Below, piece by piece: positions 37,601 through 51,685 of a DNA stretch of 64,000 bases. Under the pieces are notes generated by a model. That model ran no database searches, had not been told where the DNA came from, and saw nothing but the letters and a program-made list of their open reading frames with translations. The DNA comes from Hydrolagus affinis (lineage: Eukaryota). Where the stretch lies: the NCBI GenBank assembly GCA_012026655.1, contig JAAILG010000785.1, forward strand, positions 1-64,000, read 5' to 3'. A program made the translations under genes and the position numbers. Positions within the stretch are counted from its first letter, which is position 1; each line of letters opens with the position of its first letter.

Positions 37601-37996
37601 GATATTCAGATACCTCTTGATCACCAAAGCTACTATTGAGCAGCTGCCAGGTGAACAGGAACAAGAGAGTACGGGCGTGAAATTAGAGGAGATAGCCAAC
37701 AACAGACCTGGCAGTATTAGCCCAGTCGTCACTCGTCATGCCCAAACAGCATGTGTCAACGATGAACAAGGCAAATAGGATGACAACACACTCGCATTTA
37801 TACAGCGCCCTCACACAGGATGATGTCCTAGAGCGCTTGACAGTATCAGAGCCAACACAGAGGTGGGGTAAGCACAGTCGTAAAGGAAGGACTTCAGGCG
37901 CAACCTGAAGAAAGGGATAGGGAATTTTTCAAAATAAATTTTCAGTTTAAGAAAAGAAGTGTGGCTGGGAATATCTGGTGCAGATTATAACCAGCA

Positions 37997-38340
37997 GATA
38001 ATAATAATAATTGCAATTGATATAGCGCCTTATCACATAATTGAGATGTCTTATAGCACCACAGAATATACTGTACACTGGACAAAATATGACAGCCAAT
38101 TGCGCACAGCAGTATCTCACAAACACTCTTGAATTGAATGACCCAAATTATTATTTTTTGAAGGGATTATTACCCCAGAAAGTTATCTGCCAGTCAACTA
38201 ACAACTGGGTTCTTACGTACTGGTAGGTAAACAGAGGCGTGTGGAGTAAAGAGACTTGCCTAAGGTTTCACCAACCCAGGAATCAAACTTGGCTCCTTTT
38301 GTTTTTGAGTGCTCTAACCACAACACTATAGGACTCAATC
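37997..38340 (-). mobile_element. tRNA-derived SINE (long form)
   Basis: Includes GGTAAACAGAGGCGTGTGGAGTAA segment and head ..TCTAACCAC..TATAGGACTC. Confidence 0.85.
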
Positions 38341-39429
38341 TCTGCATTGATACCATAACGATAGACCTGGGGTCACACCGATTACAAGCAAACACACTCT
38401 CACATGTCCCTAACATACATATACGCTACAGCACTCTGTACTGAAGCCGGCTTGGAATTTGTCAGAATCACTATAGCGCGTGAAAATGTTTACCATCAGC
38501 TCGTAATTCATCCTCTTCAGATAAATGATACTTCTGCTCCACTGAAAGAGATGGATGTACATTACTCCCTTTACACCCAGACCCACATCAGTCACTGAAC
38601 TGTTACATAACATGCCTCCTCCTGTTATGTACAGCATCCACACAGCTGCTTCCAAACCTTTAGGTCGCTTGGTTCAGAGGTGAACATAAATCAATGCCCA
38701 TCACACTGCAACCATGCACCACCAGCCAGGCCCCCATTCATCCAATTCTGCTCTTTTGGTTGTCACCTTGTGTTTCAATGAGGTATTCCAAACTTTCAGA
38801 GCACACCACGGGAGTGTCAGCTAAGTGCACAGCCCTGGAGTGTTACAGTGAGATCTGCTCATCTCCGCAAGGAAGGAGGTGAGACAGCATGAATAAAAGC
38901 AGTCTTAGGCCTGAGCACAGGTGCCTGGGATACGGCTCATCATAAGCCTCCTCCCCCACAGTGGTTATTTTAGATGATATTGGTCACAGGATATCAGCCC
39001 CATCAGCCCCTTTATTACAGTCTATTTCAGGTCTAATTGGACCTGATTAGAATTGAACATTTGACAGGCAATTCTGCTCAGAGGCGGACGTCACGAATTG
39101 ACAGTGTGCCAATCCCAGCATTCCCCCAGTACACACTCAGCCCAGCATGAGAGCAGATGGCAGCATATGTTTGGGATGTGGTAGCATTTTTACTGTCCTT
39201 GAAATGCCATTGAGGCAGGTTTGAGAGGTGGGTGTTCAGAAGCAAGTTATAAGCACTGTTGCCGCACTATTGTCCCATGAGTTTTGTCTTCCTCTCACCC
39301 TCACCTCCCATCCCTGCACCTGACTGCAGAAACTCACCGTTGCAGTACTTGCACTGCATAAGACACTAGGGGGCTGTTCCAATGTCCAACTGAACGGGTC
39401 TTTGTTTATAATCCACACAATAACAATTT

Positions 39430-39760
39430 CATTTGTATGGTACCTTTAACATCATGAGAATGTCCCAAGGTGCTGGACAGTCAAGGATTTGCATCCAAGT
39501 CGGGGATTGGGATCAGGAGGGGTAGAGGGCAGGGAGAGTGACCAATTATTTGATTGAATAGGAGGGTCTTGAGATGGGGGCCTTGAAAGAGGCAGGAGAG
39601 GAGGCGAGGCTGTTGGATGGAATTCCAAAAGGGGTGGGGAAAGGCTGAACGTCTGACTGCTGCTGGTGGGGTGGGTAGGGATATGGAATAAACCAGGGTC
39701 CACTAAGTGGAGTGAACATGTCAATATGGAGGTAGGAGGTCACAGAGGTAGGGAGGAGCA
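39430..39760 (-). mobile_element. L2 LINE 3' fragment
   Basis: Reverse complement aligns by eye with the 3' end of the 4959-5940 element. Confidence 0.75.
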
Positions 39761-41907
39761 TAGTTATACAATATAAAATACAATTTACATTTATACAAGT
39801 TTCATGTCAGGATCTCACATCGCTGATGATCAGCCGGGGGGTGGGGAAGATGACCAAAACGTGGTTTAAGATGCTTTGAATGAGGGAATTAGCTGAGCAA
39901 ATCAGAGGGACTCCAGTTCCAGCAAGCAGGAGTAGAAAGGCTGAAAGCTGGCCACTGAAGGTGGTTTAATGTCTTATCGGGAAAACGGCATGTCTGACAA
40001 TGCTGCTTACACAGCACTTCCAACAGACTAGTCTGTGCGCTGAAACTTCTTAGTTGCGGCTTAAACTCATAACCTTCTGACCAAATTGAGCTCCTCAATA
40101 GTTCCCGAATCTGTTGGGCAATGTCTTGCTTTTTAAAAATATACTGTAATTAAGAAGCAGGCAAAGCAAACAGCTAACCACAGGATATTAGATGATACAC
40201 AAAGGAGTATAAACAGGCTCTCAAGCTCCATATCACCCCATATCACCCCGTTAAGGTCCTTCACTACCAACTGCAAAATAACAGCATCATTTAACTTGCC
40301 CAGTGTGGGCTGTAGCTAGCCTGCACCCCTTCCAACATTCTCATTCCTGCCTTGCATTCTGATGAACTAAAAGCAGTTAAACAGCATCGTGGATCTTTAC
40401 CCAGGGGAGTGTGAGGAGGGAACAGATGAGAAGACAATAGATAAAATATGATACTAATAATAATTAGTATAATAATAATCCTTATTTGATTTGGCGCTTT
40501 GTCACATCACTGAGACACCTCACAGCGCTTCACAGAAGATAGTGTAAATGGATTGACTATATTTTGTGGGTGAAGCACAGCAGCCAATTACACACAGAAT
40601 GTCCCACAAACAGTCATGGATTGAGTGACTAAATTATTATTGTTAGTATTATTTAAAATATAATGAAGTGTCAGTATGTGGGGTGCTGCAGATATAATAT
40701 TCCATATCCCATATTGGAGCTGTGTGTGGTTCAGCACCAAATGATTTAAAACAAACTTGGAAATGTGCTTATTCACCTGTTACAATAATAACACCACATT
40801 TACACATGGACTAAAGCCAATCTTGTCACCAGCCTGTATATACCCACTGGTGACAAGAACTGCCGTAGGGGATATCAAATAACAAAAGAGCTCGAGATAG
40901 CTCTCACCATTACTGTATAAACTCAGGATCAAATGACAGCTTGTGGTATTTATTCTAACTAAGACTGGTTTGCAAGATAACTGGTCACTCATTGTGTCAC
41001 AACAGTGCAATATACAGCAGCAATGATGGCAGGCGATTCTCTTGGGGCAACAATTGCCCAGTATCTATAGTATCCAGGCATGGTAATATTTGATGTTGGA
41101 TTTTGATGCATGGCCATATTCTCAAGATTAATTTCAGTAACTGAAAGTTTCCAGGCATTGCATAACAGTGACCGTCATATACAATAAGCACATCTTTTTC
41201 ACTGTCCTATTGTGACAACTGTAAACCTCGACAATCACAATAGATCAATGGGACAGAAGCAAGAGAGATCCCAACGAACAGTCTGATCTGACAACTATCA
41301 TCCATCTCCAGGAGTCACTATCTATTTAATGATGGTCTGATTTAACTCAATTATCACAATATAATTTCTGGAGGAAAATGGGAAGATCAAATCTATTTTA
41401 TGACATGCCTACAGGCAGAAACAAAATCCCCAGGTTGGCGATAATAGAATTAAATCACTGAGCTATGGAGAAGGGGGTAATGTACTGAATCTGCCTCCAT
41501 TAGAAATCAGAGCTAAAGGAAAAGGATAGGAACCCAGGCGAATGTGGAGAATTCCTATTATCTCCCTGAAAAGCAGAGAACGTGAACTGAACACAATTTA
41601 GATCTGTAGGAAAGATAAAAATAACAATTCTTGCATTTGATGTAGCATCTCATTAAAGCACAGGATTTGACTGTAATGTGCAGCAATTATATATTTTGTA
41701 GGTGAACAATGTAGCCAATTTCTGCACACAGCAACGTCCCACAAACAGCTATGAAGTGAATGACCAATTTTATTTGTAAAATTGCAATAGAGTGTCCTGC
41801 CTGGGCTATGAGCTCAATCTCCAACGTGAGCTTGCATTCCAACCTTGTAACTCAACTTAGCCAGGCTGACAATCTAAAAGACAATCTAAAAGATCAGCCT
41901 CTATATT

Positions 41908-42240
41908 TGGAGTCCTGCAGTGTACCGGTTTGAGTATTCACCTCGTAAGCGAGAGGAAAATCTTAGGACGTCCCTTGCTCCACACACTTCTGTTTATCTA
42001 GCAGTAAGTAGGAACCCGGTTGTTAGTCGATTGGTGGATTGCTTTAGGGGGTATTAAATCCCTTAAAAAAAAATTGGTCACTCAATCGTTGACTGTTTGT
42101 GGGACACTATTGTGTTGGCTGCCACGTTTTAGCCCACAAAATTCAGTCAGTTCACTTCACAGTATATTCTGTAAAGTGCTTTGACGCTTCTTAAAGACAT
42201 AATAAGGCACTATATCAAATGCAGGAATCATTATTATATC
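41908..42240 (+). mobile_element. tRNA-derived SINE (long form)
   Basis: GGAGTCCTGCAG head, CTGTTTATCTAGCAGTAAGTAGGAACCC segment, ATATCAAATGCAGG tail. Confidence 0.85.
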
Positions 42241-42552
42241 TTGGATGGATTTGGGTTTCCTGAACATTTTAAGACAAATCACTCTATTCTAATTGTTGGG
42301 TCCTTCCCCTTCAACATGGATGATATATGTAAACGACAAAGGATGTGATAAAAATTAAATTTTGTTGTTGTTGATATTTTCTGGTGAATCTTTGTCTTCT
42401 TAAAGTCAGGGATATGAGCACTGGAACATCAAAAAGTGCTTCCTTCTACATTTCTCCCCTGGTGTCAGCTTCAGGCACTCATAGGCCATTTAGTCCACAT
42501 AAAACTCCCTTTACTGTGCCTCAGCAAGATATAACAACAACAAATTTGTAGT

Positions 42553-42850
42553 GTATTGTAGCTCAGTGGTTAGAACACTCGCCTTCCAAGCGAGACACCT
42601 CAGTTTGAATCCAGGCAGGAATCCAGGGTGAAACCTTGGGCAAGTTTCATTATTCCACACATCTGATAATAATCCCTCAAGAAAAAAATTGATAAATTGG
42701 TTAATTTTAATCCACGACTGTGGGACACTGCTGTGCGCAATTGGCTGCCGTATTTCACCCACAAATATACAGTATATTCTGTGAAATGCTTTGAGATGTC
42801 TAGAAGATGTGAAAAGCGCCATATCAAATGCAAGAATTACTATTATTAAA
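42553..42850 (+). mobile_element. tRNA-derived SINE (short form, full length)
   Basis: TGTAGCTCAGTGGTTAGAACACTCGCC head to ATCAAATGCAAGAATTACTATTATT tail. Confidence 0.9.
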
Positions 42851-44822
42851 TTAATATAGCGCCTTTTACTTCATGAGGATGTCCCATGCAATCACCAAGT
42901 GGTTCCACACTTCCACATGAACCTTTCCAGTTCCTGTGCAGTGAGTGCAATTGTCAAATGCAGGACTTTAAATATGGGAGTAGGCCATTAAGCCCCTGGT
43001 GCCTGTTCCGCCATTCTATTAGATCATGGGTGTGATCTGTACCCTAACACCAATTATTTATTATTTTAAAACATTTAAGAGTGGAGAACATGGTTTACCA
43101 TAACTTCATGGATACAACAATAATTGCACTTGACATAGGGAATTATCAAGTCTGAAAGCGCATTACAGAATATACTGTAAAGTGAACTGAGATTATGTAT
43201 TTTGTGGGCATTGATTTGGTCTCCAAGAACAAACTTCTCTGAACAGATAAAATCAACAGCCAGACTAGTCACGAAAATGCTGATGAAAATTTCTCTCCTC
43301 TAATAACATCCCATATCACCGCAAAGAGCGAGAGAATGACCTGATCCCATCAATGCTCAGCAGATGAACACTAAGTATCTCTTCAAAATGAACATACTGT
43401 AGCAGCAGTGAAACAAGGCAATTAGTCAAATGAGCCTGGCTTACATTTACTGCTCGTGTGGGTTCATGTGAATCATGCAGGAGATTGCCGTAGTGCTGAG
43501 TGACAGGCTTTTTATTACTATTAAGTAACGTACGGGCGAAAGCTTTGTAAACAATTCCTAAATCAAGCAAGCTTGTTGTGGTCAGTCAAAGAGATTTTGC
43601 TCTGAAGCCATAATGAAAAAAAATCAGTTCTGACGACCTGTCTCCTTGAAGAGAAAGGATCTCATTATAATGAGAAATGTCTTACAACATTTTAGAATGT
43701 ACAGCCTAGAGATATTAATTCAAATGATGTAAAGTAAATGTCCACAAAAGTAAAATAAGTAGAAACTTCAATTCTAAGTATTATGGTTATCAAATTAATG
43801 TTAAAAGAAACCCAGATGGAAACGTTCAATGTCAGTTTGTCAATGTTCAGACCATGCAGTTTCTCAGTTGCCTTCTTCACCTCATCTGTTCAAAGCAAGA
43901 TAACTGGGCAGAAAAATTAACTGGACAGGAGTTGTAGCCTGATCCCGCCACAAAGCATTGTAATGTGCAAATTCAGAACGTTAAGAAACAGTACACAACA
44001 GGAATATCGTTGTAGTGGTTAGCAGGAAAGTGCCTACTGAGCGGTGAGAGAGGACAAGTTGGTAGGGTTTTAGGAAGTCACAGAGGTAGGGTGGAGCAAG
44101 ACTACGGACAACTTTAAAGGTGAGGACAAGGATTTTAAACTCGATCCTCTGGTGGATGGGGAGTTAGTGAAGCCAGGCAAACCACACATAATAATAATAA
44201 TCCTTATATTTGATATAATGCTTTTTATGCCTTGGAGACATCTCAAACCACTTCACGGAATACACTGTAAAGTTAATTAACTGTATATATGTGGGCAAAA
44301 CGCAACAGCCAACTGCACACAGCAGTGTCCCACAAACAGTCGTGGATTGATATGATCAATTTATTATTTTTCCACATTTTCTGCAGAAACCATTGATTTG
44401 CAACAATTCTAACAAATTCTTCACTGCCCGGAGTGGATATGTGGTCTGATGAGGTTCCTCAGCCTCAGTACCTCATTGACAGGCCAGGTTTAACCTGAAA
44501 GCCAAGGAACACTGGAGCATCAGAACTGGAGCTCGGGGCGAGAGAATTCTGTGGACTAAGCCAAACACATTGATTTCCTTCTGTCAGCTCCCTGGAAAAG
44601 CCCTCCTTTTAGGCTCACTCTTTCATTTCCCCCAATACCCTGTGACAATTTTCTGTTTTAACTATGTGTCTAATTCCATCTTAAAAGCTATTCTTTCAAT
44701 TTAACAAACAAATCTATTAGTTCGCAAGATCTCAATTATAATAATAATACTTGCATTTGGTATATCCCTTATCACGCCTTTCAGACGTCTCAAAGCACTT
44801 CACAAAATGTACTGTTCCTTAA

Positions 44823-44855
<33 letters not shown>

Positions 44856-45771
44856 CCTATATATGAATGCACAGCAGCATAAGTGAATTTGGTGCATAAT
44901 GGGAGTTCGAAATCACTGAGCAAATTAGCTCACAGCGTTTAAATATTTAAGTTGAAAAGGGCGCAGAGAATGGCATTATCCTCTTTCAAGCCTTCAGTCA
45001 ATCTCACAACTGTATTAGCAAGCACGGCTCAAGTGAAAGGTTTGGGGAAGCAGATCTGCCCTTGCATTACAAAGAGCAGAAAAATTCAGCAGTTCAGCAC
45101 GATTTAAAACAAAATTCAGAGCCTCAGTATTGCGCGGAGGAATCCTGCATGTAACTTTCAGCAAAAGTGCTACATCTCGGTGATTCTGAGCATGTACAAT
45201 GACAAAGAAACCATACATCATTTGATATCATTTAAAAGTGTTCTTTTGAAAAACAAACACTGATTAAAACATATTTAGATCTGGTTTAACCACAATTAGA
45301 ATTTTTCATCTCTTATATTGTGTGGAAAGGTCATAAAAGGTGATGAAGCATAAAATGCCAAGTTTGGACTTGGTGTCACTGTCGATTTAGCAGCAAAATA
45401 GACATTAACCTACTGGATGCCAGTGTTTACTAGACATTTTCACAGCCCTCAGTCTGATCCCATGGGATAACCGATGAAGCAAATGCATCCTATCTAACCT
45501 GCCTCTAGCCACAAAACTGAAAGCTTTTCAGGGCATCAAACACAGGTTTCTGAGGCTGAGGTTTCCAAGGAAACGGGAGAAAAATGAACAAACATTAACC
45601 TGGATACAGAATGATGCCTGAGAAATGAGGAAATCAGTTTCTATTCCCTGAAAACACAGTGAATCATGTTTGCTGTCACTTCCGCTTCTATAAATCACAT
45701 TATTGAACTAGTACATTATTGAAGCATGTCTCCTGGGCTTGTTTGGTCCATCTGTTGGGGGAGAGGCTTAC

Positions 45772-45966
45772 CTTTGTGGGTCCTATAGAGAGCTCCGAAG
45801 GTGACCACGAAAAAGGTGGTGGAGTACTTGCCAGCGTTGACAAGGTGAGGAAACGCCCGCTTGGTGTCACGGTAACGGCGCAGACACTGAGTGAAGCGCA
45901 CCCACGCTGGCAGACACTGGACAATAGCTCTTACTCCATAGGAGTAGCTGGAGCACACAGCCATAC
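45772..45966 (-). CDS. XPR1: XPR1 exon 11
   Basis: [64 protein letters not shown]; 195 nt; followed by a ~19.9-kb intron. Confidence 0.96.
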
Positions 45967-48286
45967 CTAGAAAGAACAGGCACAAAGGGCAAGTCAGACA
46001 TGGTAAAAAAAACTTTACACTTACATAGGGAGGATAGCCCAAAGACAAATTCCGGTGATCACCAACAGCAACAAATTACATTTACACAGCGCCTTTGACT
46101 TTGCATTCCAAATGCTTGACCGAAAGTGAAAACAGAATTCCATTTTGAGGCACACCTTAAAAGAGAAGGACCAAATTACTTAGAATCGCAGAATGATATT
46201 TTGACGATGCGATGAGGCTCTGCATTGAATGCAAAAGTTATATTTATTATTGTGTATCCTGAAGTCAAATTGTCTGGCAACACTCACTTTGATTCCATGT
46301 ATAGGATACATGGAATCAAAGGAGGCCATTATTATTATTTCAGTGCTGTTACTAGCTCTCCCAGCAGAGCTGCTTACTCTAAACCCAATTCCTTCAATAT
46401 TTTCAATTGCTTATCTACATTAAATGACTGCTGTTGTGTTGAACTAATAATGCCATAGGCAAAAATAACACATAAAAATATAACCAAAATTCTTGGAGCC
46501 AAAGCATTGCATATGACAGGCTTCAACAGGTCTTGAGTGGGACAGGCAGATTGCAGAGCTGGGCAAGCAAACCTGGGAAAACTGTCCCATTAAACTCAAC
46601 CATTTCTCCCACAGCAGAAAGATCCCACCGCCCACTCCACATCATTGTCCCTTAAGATACACAATATTGCAGTGGTTTCTTGTGTTCAAGTATCAATCAA
46701 CTGCATTGTAACAAATCTGCTGTTAAATAACTCATTGTAGCTCCATAAAGTAGGCACGACTGTGTTTTGAAGCTAGGTGGACATAAATATTTAGCTGGAA
46801 GCAATATATGAATGTAGATAATGGTGAGCGAGACAAATGGGTGCAAGATAATTGCAGCATCACAATGAAAGGGAAACATGAAATAAAATTATGGTATTCA
46901 CTTGTTTAATATGGTCATTAAAAGCTACAGCAGGGTTGGCAATTCCATCAATTTCTGTGGTACACCAGTGTTATGTTACATTATTGCAGAATCACGCCAA
47001 ATAATAAACACATCAACTGCTTTAGGCAGATAATGGCTGAGGGATGCGATACCTAATGCTTCATATTCTTATATTCACAATCGATTTCCAGTTTCCTATT
47101 CTAGTTTGTTGAAGGTTTTCTACTCTCTGCAATTTGGCCACATGTGTAATTATGCAAATCCCCATGGTCCCCCAATTTGGAATAGATTATGCTTCTCAGA
47201 GAGAGAAGCCAAGCGTGAAATAACACCATGAGCCCTGATATTTACATATCAAATTAGACTTTCTCATAGGTCAAGCTGCGGAAATTTGCATTTTGTGTCC
47301 CAGCATAGATTCACTTAATCTTTCCTTACCAGCAGCAAAGCAAAGCCTTGCACCCATTTCCTATTTAGTGAATTCGGATGAATTTCCCATTAAAATCTAT
47401 TCTCTCCTCCACTTTTCAGGACATGGTGGAGTTTAGTTTCTGTATGGAATAAATGGTCGGTAAATACAGTCACTACACTAATTCCCTTTGAAGCACTTTG
47501 AGGGCTTTTGATATTAACTTTACTGCAAATGCAAGAATTATTTATTCAGCCAACACGAGAGTGGTAGCCTTTGTTTCAATACAAAATGGTTCAGAACTGC
47601 AAGCCACTCGAGGGATTTAGAGGATGTTAAAGCCCACAGAGAGCAAAGTGTGATCTATTTATAAATGCTGTCGTTAGATTGTGAGAGGCAGAGGGACGAA
47701 AGAGACTCCACTTATAGAGTAATAGCAGAATTGAGCAGGTCAGGTACAGCACACTGGCATTATCAGTTCTGACTCAATTCCACAAGCTCTTTCTTCAAGA
47801 CACCAGCCATCCTTCTGAGCAAAATTGCCAATATGTGATCAGTATCATTGTTGAGTTTAATTGTTGAGATGTTTATTCTACCCAAATGGACAATTGATAT
47901 TCATAAGTGCTTTTCATGTCAGGAGGATTTCTCCAAGGGCTAGACAATTCCAGTGGACACTCGAGCTGAGGCTGGGAGCTGACAGGGATGGAAATGGACT
48001 TGGAACATTGGGACTTTGAAGCCAACTGAAGCTACTCCTCCGTCACCGCAGCTCAGTCTAAATGTAAAACAGAGTAGCTTCCTCTGTGTGGTTCAGAATT
48101 AGAGGGATTTATCCACTGTGCTATTGGAAAAGCCTCAGATTTTGAACATGATTAGGGTGCCCCCCCCCCATCCCTCCATTTCCCTGCCCACTCACCGGTT
48201 CATCAGGTGGCACTAGTTTGTGGTGATAAAGGTAAGGCAAGGCCACCTAGAAACCAGAACTGTGGCTCTACAGTGCAGACAATTAC

Positions 48287-48449
48287 CTGGATAACCAACC
48301 AGTTTCTTCTCGCTCCAGTTGAGCTCAAAGCTGTAAAAGCAGATCATGTACTCCAAGTCCAACAGGATGAAACCCAGGCTGTTCAACTGGTCGGCCAGCC
48401 AGAAATCTGCAAACTCAACCTTATGGAATGGCGCTGTAAAGACTCTGAA
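48287..48449 (-). CDS. XPR1: XPR1 exon 10
   Basis: [54 protein letters not shown]; 163 nt; donor CAG|GTAATT. Confidence 0.95.
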
Positions 48450-48739
48450 CTAGGAACAGAAAATAAACAACAATTACACAATGTCAAAGCAGAGAAATCG
48501 CCCAACCTCATGTGCAGATCCCCCCACCCTCGATCAGCACTACCTCACGCTTACTGATTGGATCTACAGAGGTCAGAGGATCTTCCACGGCCATTACATA
48601 ATGTGCATCAAGGAATATGTGGAAAACACAGCAACCCAAGAACTAAACAACTAAATAGATGAGAAGGTGAGTAACATTCCAAGCAAATGCAACCAATAAA
48701 TTTGTATAAATATTTACTTTTTTGTAGTTACTGAGTGCC

Positions 48740-49095
48740 AGTCTCCGTCAGTTGGCAGTTCTCTCGCTGCAGTGAGAAAGTTGTGGGTTTAAGCCCCATA
48801 GTCTTGCTTAAACTCCAAACACAGTGCTGGTTGGAGTGAGCTGTAATGTTGGAGGTGGCATCCTTTGAATGAGAAGTTAAATCAAGAGGCCATCTGCCTG
48901 TTTGAGTGGGTATTGAGTGGGAAAATTCCCTTCTATTTAAAGCTACAAGGGAGTTTCTCCAGTTGTCCTGGCTAACAAACCACAAAATTGGTCATTCACT
49001 TCATGCCCGTTTTTGCAACATTGCTGTTGTTTGCCTACATAAATACAGTCATTCCACTTTACTTGGAATAATTTTGAGACTGCTCTCAATGTGAA
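48740..49095 (+). mobile_element. Deu-domain SINE (SacSINE1/AmnSINE1-like)
   Basis: tRNA head plus TTGGAGGTGGCATCCTTTGAATGAGAAGTTAAATCAAGAGGCC..GTCCTGGCTAACA core. Confidence 0.75.
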
Positions 49096-50574
49096 AGGAT
49101 GATTCTGAAGCCTTTTATCGGGCTTTGTTCCATTACCTGTGCCAGCAGTTTGTTGGACATACCAGCAACAAAATTACACATGTGTAGCACCTTTCACGTT
49201 AGGAGGACGTCCCAAGGCGCTGGACTCTGCTAAATAAAAAAGTTATTCTGGTGATTGTTATCCTTATTATGGAGCAATGAGCCCTTCTTTCTTTCGCTGG
49301 AGACCAATTGGTTAAAGAATGCCACTGGAAGAGGGTGGGGACGGCTTGTTCTAAACAGTGTTTGTAACTGCGGAACTAGAACCTGCAGTCACTTGAGGAG
49401 GGAGTTACCTGTTAGAGCAGAATGAACTGTGGAATTGCATCTTCAATCTTTTTTTCAGTCAGTGCAGAAGATTATTATAGAACTCAGAACACTTTGTTGA
49501 AAATCATTCAGGTCTTAAAATAAGAGGATTTTAACCAAAGAATTCAGAGTGCTAAAAATAGTTTCTTGACCGCACACTAAATAAAGGTTTATAAATGCAA
49601 GTGTCACACAAGTGAAAAGGTGACATCACCATCTGTGGTGCAGATTGTGATTGCTCTTAGTGAAGGGAAGTGAAGGTATAGTCACTGAAGGAAATCCCTA
49701 TTACAACTGTGCATTAACAGGTGGTGTTTGGTGAGCGTGCCTTTACATGTGGCTTGTGATAAATACGAGTTTACACATGGTGTATGATAAACACATATCT
49801 CGGTGCAGCATTACTAGGAACTTATAGCAATGAATTGCCAATATTTAAATATTTTTTGTTACACTCAATTAAAAGGTGAGCCTGACCGAACATGGAGAAC
49901 AATACCTGCACCCTGATGATAGACTTGTGCAGAGCAAGTGTTCATTAGAACTGAGTGGTGATGCGCAAAACACACAATGACGCCAGTTGTTTATCAACTC
50001 CCTTAATTTTCACACAATATGTCAGCACAAGGGCGTCTTTGCATCAAGGCCCTGGAGGAAGTGCTAGCTATTAACCAAATCATTTCAACGCAACACAGTC
50101 GATTGTTTGTGTATTTTTGTGGACTGATAAATTGTCTCTGACCAAACATATTATTGTAACTGAAGCACAAGGCAATGCTGAGCAGACGGTGTGGAATTCG
50201 AGCTTTCTTTCACAATCCACGGGTACAGAGTGCTCAATTCATCCAATCATTAGCTTGTCAATCAGCCAGTCTGTTTCTGAATGTGCTTTCATTACCCTCC
50301 ACATTAGACATTCTGCACTGGAGCCCGCTGGCAATGGCCTTTGAGAAAGCAATGAAAAAAACGATTGAGTTCCTTTTATACCCTCCAGCACATCTTTTTT
50401 CATCAAACGATCCACTGCAAAATACATTTTTTATAGATTTCTAGCACTCTTCACTGTTATTTAGAAAGAAGATTGATCTCAGATTGCACAGAGAAGCTAG
50501 GCAGTTTTCAGTCCGAGTCCATGGTGTACAAATGGCAGACTTGATGCATATATTAAAGCACACACATGTATTAT

Positions 50575-50867
50575 ATAATAATAATAATCCTTGCATTTGA
50601 TATGGCGCTTTTCACATCTTCTAGATGTTTCAAAACGCTTCACAGAATATATTGTAAAGTGAATTGACTGTATATTTGTGGGCGAAACAGAGCAACCAAT
50701 TGCGTATAGCAGTGTCCCACAAACAGTTGTGGATTGAAATGGCCAATTTTTTTTGTGCATTATTAGGCATGTGGAGTAAGCAAACTTGCCAAGGTTCTGC
50801 CCTGACCTGCCTGGATTTGAACACAGCTCTCACACGTGTACAGTGAGTGCTCTAACCACTGAGCTAC
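50575..50867 (-). mobile_element. tRNA-derived SINE, head abuts assembly gap
   Basis: Well-preserved copy ending TCTAACCACTGAGCTAC at the N run. Confidence 0.9.
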
Positions 50868-51023
50868 NNNNNNNNNNNNNNNNNNNNNNNNNNNNNNNNN
50901 NNNNNNNNNNNNNNNNNNNNNNNNNNNNNNNNNNNNNNNNNNNNNNNNNNNNNNNNNNNNNNNNNNNNNNNNNNNNNNNNNNNNNNNNNNNNNNNNNNNN
51001 NNNNNNNNNNNNNNNNNNNNNNN
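50868..51023. other. Assembly gap (156 N)
   Basis: Run of n. Confidence 1.
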
Positions 51024-51339
51024 TGAGGGAATGTTAAGATAGTTGTCTGCTTGAATTTTTTGGGGGTTGGCTGGGTGTCTACGACACATGCGGAAATCCA
51101 CCATCAGGTATAAAAGTATCCAAACCAAACTGAGATTTCCATGCCACACATAGAAATTCCAGAGATATTGTTGAAATGAAATGCACACTCTCCCTGAATG
51201 GACACATCCTGCTTATCTAATTCTGGAATGTATTAGGAGTAAGCAACAACGACAACTTGCATTTATACCCTGCACGGCGACTCGGAGTGTTTAACAATGC
51301 CAATGTTAAGTTTAGAAGATCGTCTGTGATACAGCCGAG

Positions 51340-51675
51340 ATTCACTAGTTACAAAGCTTAGAATTGATAGAACAGATATCGAGAAACTGTTTCTTCTGGC
51401 AGGTGGGTCCGTAACCAGAGGACATTATTGGTTAATTGGCATTATTGGTTAATTAGACTGGAGAAGAGGACAAATATTTTTACCCAGATCCATTTAGAAC
51501 TGGAATGCACTGTCAGGTTAGTGGAAGATTCACCAGTAGCTTTCAAAAGGCATTTGGAAAAGTATTTGACAAGGAAAAAAATGTAGGGCTATGGGTAAAT
51601 GGGACTGGTAGCATTGCTCTTTCAAAGATCTGGCACAGGCATGATGTCTGTGCTGTAACATCTATAGTTCTATAA
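51340..51675 (+). mobile_element. CR1 LINE 3' end
   Basis: EKLFLLAGGSVTRGH, FTQ..WNAL, FKRHLEKYL remnants, GGGCTATGGG, and (TTCTAT)-like tail. Confidence 0.8.
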
Positions 51676-51685
51676 GTTCCAAATA

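Noticed and set aside
42553-42625. tRNA gene-like sequences (also 7101, 24774, 25270, 50800)
   Set aside because: They continue into SINE body and tail and lack a proper cloverleaf; they are SINE heads.
44446-44500. CTGATGAG followed by hairpins (hammerhead-like)
   Set aside because: No GAAA directly after helix II and no helix I/III.
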